From contig CAYZRF010000012.1 of the NCBI GenBank assembly GCA_964480775.1, positions 28,119-60,118 of the forward strand: a stretch of DNA of 32,000 nucleotides. The letters are read 5' to 3'. Both the position numbers and the translations under genes were made by a program. Shown in pieces: positions 7,497 through 14,747 of the stretch. The stretch's first letter is position 1; each line of letters begins with the position of its first letter. Below the pieces are notes generated by a model. That model was not told the DNA's origin, did no database searches, and saw nothing but the letters and a program-made list of their open reading frames with translations. Source of the stretch: an uncultured Nitrososphaerota archaeon. GTDB lineage: Archaea; Korarchaeota; Korarchaeia; Korarchaeales; Korarchaeaceae.

Positions 7497-9266
7497 TTAT
7501 TCACTAGATCTTGATTTACGACATAATCCTTTAATTAACGACTCTTTGAGCTTTTTCAAAAGATTCATTAATGGTTTGAAATAATTTGAGACAGGTGCTG
7601 TGAAAACAAAGCCCAAGACCGCTCCTAAGACCGCTCCTAAGATATCGTTGCTATATTTCTCCCAAAAGCTGATCTTTTTAATTAGGATGTTAGCTTTCCC
7701 CTCCACCTTCCCTCCAATAAACTCTACTTCTGCTTCTATTGAAAGTAGTTTACTTTCGTCTTTTAATTCCAATCCCTTAAGAACAATAGCACTACTTATC
7801 TTATCTCCTGGATCGAGCTTGTCTACTGAAAGATTCAAGTTGCCGCTCTTAATCTCTACTATCTTTGGATAAAATCGCATGGTATAGTTGAGAGAAAATG
7901 CTGGAGCTGTTCCAACGTTCTCTATCTGAAGATAGAGTGGAATATATTCTCCTTCCTCAATCTCCCCCTTTTCTGGCAATACCGATACCCTGATTTCAGG
8001 AGACCCTTGCTTCGTTACCCTAAACGCCATTCCAGAACTCCATGAAACAGGGTTTCCAAAGAAATCAACACCACTTAAGGTAATTGGAAGAGAAAGGCTA
8101 GCTTCTTGATCTGAAATCGCCGTAATCCTAAAAGAGATCTTGATAACATCTCCTGGGTATAGTCTTTTTAGATCGTTTAGAGGAGTCATGACTTCGTTGA
8201 TATAACCTACAACCGAGGAAACCGTCAAAAGCGGAGAAGAACCAATGTTCACCATTGGATTTAGTATGATTCCGTTAGAAATGGTGAAGGTCACGTTAAC
8301 AACAGAAGGTACTCCTTTTACGGCTATCACTGGATATGGAAGAACCTTAACATTCACTAAAGGTCTTAATGAAGAAATTGGAACTGACCCAGCTATTCTA
8401 TGGAGAAAGAACACAACAAGCCCTGTCTCCTCTAATGAATTCCAGCTACCATCTTCACTTTGCTCATCTTCGATCCAAGAAAGCGCTCTTGTAACTATCT
8501 GAGAGGTGGGATCTTCAGTAGCCAAAGCCCAAGCTAATATGGCGACGGTAGTTATGCTTAAATTTCGGTTCTCTTCCCCATTCGCCTTCTCTTCTAACCA
8601 TTGAATGACCTCATGCACACTTTCATTATATCTTCCAGATTCAGTTAGAGCTACAACTAAATAACTAGCTGTTTCCATCCAGTTTTGATCGTTCTCTATA
8701 TTCCAAGGCCAAGTTCCATTGATTCTAATACTAAACATGTATTTACATGCTTTTTCAATAGATTCAGCAACTTCTTTCAACTGTGAAGACTTGATCGCTA
8801 GTATTGAGATTGAGGTGAGAACTATGCTTTCGTCCCAACTACCATCATCCTTTTGCATCGAGATGAGATCTTGAAGAAGTGAGTTCAATGTAGCATCTGC
8901 CTTTTCAGCTCTTAGAAATGAATCGATTGCAAATGCAAGAGAAGCAGGTTCCCGAATAGAACGTCTATTTCTGGATATCCAAGAAAGGGCTTTTGCTATC
9001 CGTTCATCCTCTACCGACAAACCGCAGGAGAGCAAAGAATCTGCTATAAGGGGCGTCAGTCTCGATTGCTCTAACATACCGACACCCCAGCTACCATCAG
9101 CATTTTGATTTTCAAGCAACCATAGGCATGCTTTTTGAATAGATATGGCTGTCTTCAAGAGCGAGTCCATACTTTCAACTTTCACCATTTCTATAGACGA
9201 AGAGATGACCAATAACAATAAGAGAAATATTGTAGTCCTGTGAGCCAATGTAGGTCTCTCCTGCAA
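7497..9266 (-). CDS. Secreted, C-terminally anchored surface protein: alpha/alpha-toroid (prenyltransferase/terpene-cyclase-like DGSW repeats) plus beta-sandwich (CARDB-like) region
   Basis: 589 aa. N-terminal hydrophobic signal (TTIFLLLLLVISSS). Repeated NADGSWG, KDDGSWD, NGTWPW and EDGSWN motifs spaced about 50-90 aa apart. Beta-rich C-half, then TM segment ILGAVLGAVLGFVFTAPV and a basic tail. Confidence 0.6.
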   Translation of the reverse strand: MQERPTLAHRTTIFLLLLLVISSSIEMVKVESMDSLLKTAISIQKACLWLLENQNADGSWGVGMLEQSRLTPLIADSLLSCGLSVEDERIAKALSWISRNRRSIREPASLAFAIDSFLRAEKADATLNSLLQDLISMQKDDGSWDESIVLTSISILAIKSSQLKEVAESIEKACKYMFSIRINGTWPWNIENDQNWMETASYLVVALTESGRYNESVHEVIQWLEEKANGEENRNLSITTVAILAWALATEDPTSQIVTRALSWIEDEQSEDGSWNSLEETGLVVFFLHRIAGSVPISSLRPLVNVKVLPYPVIAVKGVPSVVNVTFTISNGIILNPMVNIGSSPLLTVSSVVGYINEVMTPLNDLKRLYPGDVIKISFRITAISDQEASLSLPITLSGVDFFGNPVSWSSGMAFRVTKQGSPEIRVSVLPEKGEIEEGEYIPLYLQIENVGTAPAFSLNYTMRFYPKIVEIKSGNLNLSVDKLDPGDKISSAIVLKGLELKDESKLLSIEAEVEFIGGKVEGKANILIKKISFWEKYSNDILGAVLGAVLGFVFTAPVSNYFKPLMNLLKKLKESLIKGLCRKSRSSE

Positions 9267-9318
9267 TTGTAATCCTCAAAACAGGTAAGATCTATTAAAA
9301 GCTTGTTAGCAAAGAACC

Positions 9319-9335
9319 TTTGTTTTGAAAACAAA
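9319..9335. repeat. Perfect 17-bp palindrome TTTGTTTTGAAAACAAA, about 50 nt upstream of the surface-protein start; function unknown (possible operator)
   Basis: Read directly: 8-bp arms around a central G. The surrounding sequence is AT-rich, so chance occurrence is not negligible. Confidence 0.5.
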
Positions 9336-9524
9336 TGATTTGATAAGCTAACTTGATTGTTTTAAGTAATAAATTAATCTCAGGCCTTTTAATATCCATA
9401 TTAATTGGCCTTGTAGAGATTTTTAGATGAAAAAGCTGTTTTATTATCAATTTGAGCGAGGAAGTGGCTCTATGGCTAGAAGATATACCACCAATATCTG
9501 ATAAGTGGCCCCGTTATTCATTAA

Positions 9525-9542
9525 TCTTGAATAAATTCAAGA
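9525..9542. repeat. 18-bp palindrome TCTTGAAT-AA-ATTCAAGA in the divergent intergenic region; function unknown
   Basis: Read directly: perfect 8-bp arms with a 2-nt spacer. Confidence 0.5.
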
Positions 9543-9719
9543 GTTCTCTAAAACATGAAAATAACACTTATATGAGCAGCGATGATATAACTCTCAAATG
9601 ACGGGTTTTTTAGCTTTGACCAAGCACTTTAAAGCACAGCAATTGAGGATTAGTGTGACCATTTTTATTGTTAAGCTTATGTATCTCAAATCTTCAGAAA
9701 TTGAATTGTGTAGCTGGAG

Positions 9720-10382
9720 ATGAAATTGTTAGGTGAAGTTCTTAAGGAAGTAATAGAAGCGTTGATAACTTTAGTGTCAAAGGGCTCATATCCAGCTATT
9801 ATCCTTACAATGGCTGGTGAGAGCGCGCTCTTACCAATACCAAGCGAAGTCGTAATGCCTTTGGCTGGGTTTCTTGTTTCTGTGGGAGAAATGAATTTCT
9901 TCTTAGCGACGGGTTCTGGCGTAATAGGAAACCTTTTGGGATCTTTGGTTTCCTATTACCTAGGTCTAAGATACGGAAGAGAAGTTTTAGAGAAATATGG
10001 TAAATACCTGTTTCTCAGAGACGACCACATTGAGAAATCTGAATTCTTATTTCAAAAGTGGGGGAGACAAGCAGTATTTCTTGGACGGATTTTGCCTGGC
10101 ATAAGGACAGTGATTTCCTTTCCAGCAGGAATATTCAAGGTTTCTATTAAGGACTTAGTCATATACACCGTGTTGGGATCGATTCCATGGAATGCAGCCT
10201 TGGTTGCGGCGGGTATTGTATTAAGAGAAAACTGGCAAATCATATCAGCCCATAGCCACCACTTGTTGGTGTTTGGAGCGATTATAATGGTTCTTTTTGT
10301 TATTCTCAAACTCAGGAGATCAAGAAAGTCCAATAATTGTGCCACCCCAGTAAATGCCGGCAGCAAGCACAAAGGCCAATAG
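9720..10382 (+). CDS. DedA/SNARE-associated family membrane protein
   Basis: 220 aa. GESALLPIPSEVVMPLAGFL and RILPGIRTVISFPAGI motifs, and multiple TM segments. Confidence 0.8.
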   Translation: MKLLGEVLKEVIEALITLVSKGSYPAIILTMAGESALLPIPSEVVMPLAGFLVSVGEMNFFLATGSGVIGNLLGSLVSYYLGLRYGREVLEKYGKYLFLRDDHIEKSEFLFQKWGRQAVFLGRILPGIRTVISFPAGIFKVSIKDLVIYTVLGSIPWNAALVAAGIVLRENWQIISAHSHHLLVFGAIIMVLFVILKLRRSRKSNNCATPVNAGSKHKGQ

Positions 10383-12503
10383 AAGCTGATAAGCAATTAT
10401 CATCAGTAGATACTTGGTGATCCTTAATTCTTGCTTTAGCACCCCTACCGTCGCTATGCACGGAACATACGTGGTCATCGCAATAGTTAAGGATACTGCT
10501 TGAAGGCTTGTCATACCAAGAGCTTCTATTGCTTGATTAACTCCTGCTGCGCCCGTTGCGGCCACTATCGTGCTAAGAACGCTCTCTTTAGCTATAAGAC
10601 CCGTCTCAAGAGCCAACATTATTCTCCAATCACCTAAACCCATTAGACGACCAAGAGGAACCAAAGCTCTCCCTAAAATAGCTGCAATTGTTTTCTCAAC
10701 GGCCAAAGCATTAGTTTCCATTATTTCTTGTGATATATATCCGTTAGGGCCAAAATGCAAGAGAAACCAAAGTAACACGCTAAGACTGAAGATTATAGTC
10801 CCAGCTCGTTTGATGAATTTCATAGTGTTCATCCTAGCGTACCACCAAATCACCTTCAAACTAGGCTTATGATAAGGAGGAACTTCTAAAACAAGTTCGG
10901 GAGGAACTTTGACCTTAAATATCAGCCTGTTGAGCAGGGCTGATGATAGAAGGTAAAGCCCTATTGATAACATGTAAATACCTAAAAGAAAGCTCGCTTG
11001 CCCTAAGGGGGAACTGAACATAACAGAAGCGATAGCTAACATGACAACCAGCCTTGCTTGACAAGGGATTAGCGGTACGGTCATAGCTGTAACCATTCTC
11101 TCCCTATCATCATCCATGGCTCTAGTGCTCATGACCGCAGGAACGCTGCAACCAAATCCAACTACTGCTGGAAATACGGCTTTTCCACTCAATCCAAATC
11201 GTCTAAAGAACCTATCAAGAGAAACAGCCACCCTAGCCATTAGACCGCTATCTTGAAGGGCACCCAGCACTAGATAAACCATTAATATCAGAGGAAGAAA
11301 TCCAAGGACCGATGCCACTCCTGATATCGCGCCATCTACAACAAGACCTACAAACCAAGAAGGATACCCCTTCAAAGCACCTTTAATGACTTCAGCAAGG
11401 AAGTCGAAGATTCCTACAAGAACATTTGATAGACTATAGCGTTCGATCAGTTCTGCCATGTTTTCCATGCCTAGATACGAGAAAATTAGGTTGAGAGGAA
11501 ATCCTACGTTTATGGCAAAGACCGTTAGAAACGAGCCTAATAGAACAAAACTAGCAAATAGCGGCCCAATTATGGGATGAAGAGCCACCTTATCCAGTTT
11601 TTCCTCGAATCCCGGGGAAATTAAATGAGTTTTAGTAATCTTCCCTTTGAGAAGGGAGTCGATGAAAGAGAACCTAGCTTGAACTGCCATTAAACCGAGA
11701 TCCATTCTTAAACTTGTTTTAGCTGACTGAATTATCTCTAGTATGGTTGAGGCGACTTCGGGTTCTTTCTCCCTAATCCTGCCAAATAAGACAGGGTCTC
11801 CTTCAATTAATCTAACCGCTACCCATCTTGGTGGATAGTCCTTTAACAGCCCCCCCTTTTTTATTAGATTCTCCAATCTTGCAATGTATGGCTCTAAGGA
11901 GCCATAATCAACTTTTAAAGGCTCTTTTCTGCCTTCTCTTCCTTCTGAAACGTCTAATACCCTATCCAACAGGACACCAATTCCTTCTTCTCTTAGCGCT
12001 GATATTCCTACAACAGGAACTCCGAGTTCTCTACTCAAAGCATCTAAATCTATGTGAATAGCTCTTTTCTCAGCTACATCCATCATGTTAATTGCTATTA
12101 TTACTCGCGGTGTCATTTCAAGAGCCATAATGGGTAAGTACATCGTTCTTTCAAGAGCTGTGGCATCAACAAGAACAACCACAACATCTGGCTTATGCCT
12201 TGCCACGAATTCTCTAGCTATGGCCTCTGCAGCATCTGAAGCCTCTGCAGATAGGCTATATGTTCCAGGCAGATCCACCACGATTATCTCTTTTTCGTGA
12301 TGTGTTAGTTTACCTTGTTTAATTGCAACAGTAACACCTGGCCAATTAGCTACGTGAGCTGTCTCTCCCGTAAGAACGTTAAAAAGCGTGCTTTTTCCAA
12401 CGTTGGGATTTCCAGCCAAAGCAAGAATAACCACTTTAGAATCATTTGCATCCTGAGCTTCAGTCATTGACTTTTTCTCAGAGTTGCTACTAGAATGGAT
12501 CAT
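10320..12503 (-). CDS. feoB: Ferrous iron transporter FeoB (N-terminal GTPase plus membrane permease)
   Basis: 727 aa. G1 motif GNPNVGKSTLFN, then VDLPGTYSL and NMMD, followed by a polytopic membrane domain. It lies 2 nt after the feoA stop. Confidence 0.95.
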   Translation of the reverse strand: MIHSSSNSEKKSMTEAQDANDSKVVILALAGNPNVGKSTLFNVLTGETAHVANWPGVTVAIKQGKLTHHEKEIIVVDLPGTYSLSAEASDAAEAIAREFVARHKPDVVVVLVDATALERTMYLPIMALEMTPRVIIAINMMDVAEKRAIHIDLDALSRELGVPVVGISALREEGIGVLLDRVLDVSEGREGRKEPLKVDYGSLEPYIARLENLIKKGGLLKDYPPRWVAVRLIEGDPVLFGRIREKEPEVASTILEIIQSAKTSLRMDLGLMAVQARFSFIDSLLKGKITKTHLISPGFEEKLDKVALHPIIGPLFASFVLLGSFLTVFAINVGFPLNLIFSYLGMENMAELIERYSLSNVLVGIFDFLAEVIKGALKGYPSWFVGLVVDGAISGVASVLGFLPLILMVYLVLGALQDSGLMARVAVSLDRFFRRFGLSGKAVFPAVVGFGCSVPAVMSTRAMDDDRERMVTAMTVPLIPCQARLVVMLAIASVMFSSPLGQASFLLGIYMLSIGLYLLSSALLNRLIFKVKVPPELVLEVPPYHKPSLKVIWWYARMNTMKFIKRAGTIIFSLSVLLWFLLHFGPNGYISQEIMETNALAVEKTIAAILGRALVPLGRLMGLGDWRIMLALETGLIAKESVLSTIVAATGAAGVNQAIEALGMTSLQAVSLTIAMTTYVPCIATVGVLKQELRITKYLLMIIAYQLLLAFVLAAGIYWGGTIIGLS

Positions 12504-12505
12504 AG

Positions 12506-12775
12506 TTAACCCACCAGCTCTACCAAGATTCTTGACGCTAATCCTCTCCCTAGCGCTAGTCTTACGCCTCTAACTTCTACTATCATAGGACCTAAAGAAT
12601 TTCTGACCACGGTAACCTCAGATCCGGGCGAGAGTCCCATCTCCATGAGCCTTCTTACCATTCCTCGGCCTCCAAATATGTCAATAACCCTTGCTTTCTT
12701 TCCTTCTTGGATGAATGCTAACGATAAGTGATTTCTAGCCTTAGCATTGCGTCTCGTTTTAGATCTCCCTCCCAT
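12506..12775 (-). CDS. feoA: FeoA (SH3-like ferrous iron transport protein A)
   Basis: 89 aa. GKKARVIDI...RRLMEMGLSPGSEVTVV...GPMIVEVRGVRLALGRGLASRILV is a typical FeoA pattern. Confidence 0.85.
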   Translation of the reverse strand: MGGRSKTRRNAKARNHLSLAFIQEGKKARVIDIFGGRGMVRRLMEMGLSPGSEVTVVRNSLGPMIVEVRGVRLALGRGLASRILVELVG

Positions 12776-12796
12776 GTGTCACAACAGATTGGACGA

Positions 12797-12815
12797 CAAT
12801 GTTAGGCAAACCTAA
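12797..12815 (-). promoter_or_regulatory. Candidate DtxR/IdeR-type iron box between a TATA-like element and the feoA start
   Basis: The minus strand reads TTAGGTTTGCCTAACATTG. By my count it matches the consensus TTAGGTTAGCCTAACCTAA at 15 of 19 positions (13 of the first 14). The core TTAGG-N4-CCTAA is an inverted repeat. ATAAAATTAAAA lies immediately upstream, and the ATG is 21 nt downstream of the box. Confidence 0.4.
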
Positions 12816-13116
12816 ATTTTAATTTTATCTGTTTTTATTTCATCATTACATTGACCAACAAAAGTTATGAAAAAATGAAGCACCATCCTTTTTCTTTAAG
12901 GAATTTCTCAGTGCTTCTTTCTGTTTTCTTATTATCTTTAGACGATGGCTGGAGCCCATAATAAGATAATGACAATGAGATGGATATTAACAGGGTTTTA
13001 AAAAGAAACCTCTAGGGAACTAGAATAGATCTGCTCAGATGTTCTACGTATTGCTTTAATGACTACGCTATAATACTCGCAAAACTTTTAGTAGGGTTTT
13101 CGTAGAATTAAATAAG

Positions 13117-13644
13117 ATGTCGGTTCTGAGACTTTCGCTTTCATTTATGCTGCTTTTCTTACTCCTACTTCCATCGGCACCAGCTATTTCTTCCATGGGT
13201 GTGGTTGTCATAATTTCTAATTCCGTTGACATAGAAGCTGCTCGTCAACTAAATAAAGCTCTCTTAAGAAATGGAATCTCCTGCTTCATATTAAGACCCA
13301 ACGAGCTTTGGAAGATGGATTACTATCAGATCGACTCAATTATCTTTTTAGGAGGACCACAAGCCTACGAGGGAGTCGGAGAGATAGTAGCAGGCTATCT
13401 AACCGAAGAAGAAAAGACGAGTTTGATGGAAGAAGGAGCAATGGGCTTCTTTGTAAAAGTTAAGGAAGGAAGAAAGGTTATAATCCTCGCAGGCAATACA
13501 AGAAACGAGACAAAAGAAGCTGTAACCTACTTTCTTGATAACCTTCTGAGAATTCTTAAAACTCCTCTAAGTGAAGGAAAAAAGGCCAATGTAGTAATGG
13601 TTGTAGTTGGTACCGAGTCATCCTCTACTCCTGTTGGAGGATAA
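13117..13644 (+). CDS. Hypothetical secreted protein (signal peptide)
   Basis: 175 aa. N-terminal LSLSFMLLFLLLLPSAPAISS, no recognisable family, Ser/Thr tail. Its 3' end overlaps the convergent CPBP gene by 27 nt. Confidence 0.5.
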   Translation: MSVLRLSLSFMLLFLLLLPSAPAISSMGVVVIISNSVDIEAARQLNKALLRNGISCFILRPNELWKMDYYQIDSIIFLGGPQAYEGVGEIVAGYLTEEEKTSLMEEGAMGFFVKVKEGRKVIILAGNTRNETKEAVTYFLDNLLRILKTPLSEGKKANVVMVVVGTESSSTPVGG

Positions 13645-14523
13645 TCTTCCTATCATGAACTTAGAGATAATCACAATAACTAGGACTTCTATTATAATCG
13701 GAAGAAGGCCCCCTTCTGGACCAAAATCTCCACCCGTGATCCATTTAGAACCAGCAAGTTCAGTTCTAAAGAGCCAACTTTCTGGATTTAATCCGCTTAA
13801 AGGCATTCCATATATTTTTTCTTCTGAAAAATTCCACATAAAATGTAACCCAATTGGAACCCAAATCTCATCGTATATCAAAAAGCTCACAGCTAGCAAA
13901 AATCCAGCCACAATTAGCCCTATTATAGCTATAGCATTGACGTTTGGATTATTTAGGTGAGCAAACCCGAAGGTTACTGAACTAACGATAAGAGAGGGCC
14001 ATAGCCCAGATTTTCTTACTGCGTTGAATATATAGCCTCTAAAGATTAATTCTTCGTTATAAACAATAATAAACGAGATAAAAACCTCTTGCAAAAGGAC
14101 TGGCATCTCTGGAAGTTCAGCACTTATTGAAACTCTAGCATATCCAAAACAGTAAAATGAGATGAAAAATGCTGAAATGATACAAAATCCTATAAATGCG
14201 CCCAAAATAAACTTTTTTGGAGCATTTTCAGAATCCTTAAAGCCCATACTAGTAAAATTCAAGCCGTTCCAGAACTTCATGAAGAAATACGTGAAAGCAG
14301 TCGGAAACCCTAAGAAATATAGTAAAAGAAGAACATCTCCGTAAGGTTTGTCGATTTTTAGAAGAAGATCTGATACAAATTGTATTAAAACCATAAAAAG
14401 GGCAAAGAATGTCAAAGCTTTTATTACAGGAACAATTCTAGCTCTTATATTGGCGAAACCTATCTTTCTTGCCATGGATGACTCTCTGCTTGAAGACAAT
14501 ATAATCTCCTTAAACACCCCCAT
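13618..14523 (-). CDS. CPBP (CAAX protease / bacteriocin-processing) family intramembrane metalloprotease
   Basis: Motifs EELIFRGYIF, FGFAHL and HFMWNF within a polytopic protein. The track ORF starts at a TTG at 14583; the first ATG is at 14523 and another is at 14475, so the start is uncertain. Confidence 0.75.
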   Translation of the reverse strand: MGVFKEIILSSSRESSMARKIGFANIRARIVPVIKALTFFALFMVLIQFVSDLLLKIDKPYGDVLLLLYFLGFPTAFTYFFMKFWNGLNFTSMGFKDSENAPKKFILGAFIGFCIISAFFISFYCFGYARVSISAELPEMPVLLQEVFISFIIVYNEELIFRGYIFNAVRKSGLWPSLIVSSVTFGFAHLNNPNVNAIAIIGLIVAGFLLAVSFLIYDEIWVPIGLHFMWNFSEEKIYGMPLSGLNPESWLFRTELAGSKWITGGDFGPEGGLLPIIIEVLVIVIISKFMIGRLSSNRSRG

Positions 14524-14747
14524 ATACAAAATGAATTTTCTGTTCGACTCGACTATTATGTATCTACCAATGTTCTTAGCCAATTTCTAAAAGATAGAAG
14601 CTTAATCACCCAACTTAAAATTATCTAAAAAGCTACAGACCCCTAATATATTATTTATACAGCTTGGTTAGGTATTTTAATGAGAAAATCTCCTAAACAT
14701 CGCTTAAAGATTCCTACTAGCCAAAATTCTGTATAAAGGGGGACGCT

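Noticed and set aside
7615-7642. 12-bp tandem repeat AAGACCGCTCCT x2.3
   Set aside because: It lies inside the C-terminal TM anchor of the surface protein, as the reverse complement of the sequence coding for GAVLGAVLG. This is a simple in-frame duplication, not a regulatory or CRISPR-like repeat.
9267-9719. Possible replication origin, considered because this is a long AT-rich intergenic region with inverted repeats
   Set aside because: There is no adjacent orc1/cdc6 gene, no ORB or mini-ORB-like repeats (TTCCAGTGGAAA-type with a G-string), and no repeated element occurring three or more times.
10320-10382. 63-nt convergent overlap of the dedA and feoB 3' ends. A similar 27-nt overlap lies at 13618-13644
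   Set aside because: It most likely reflects a non-conserved read-through tail of dedA (..RRSRKSNNCATPVNAGSKHKGQ) in a compact genome. Nothing suggests antisense regulation beyond the overlap itself.
13607-13960. 117-aa plus-strand ORF overlapping the CPBP gene. Also 14162-14344 and 14348-14590
   Set aside because: They are antisense to a polytopic protease gene that carries all three CPBP motifs. They have no family features and overlap the 13117-13644 gene out of frame.
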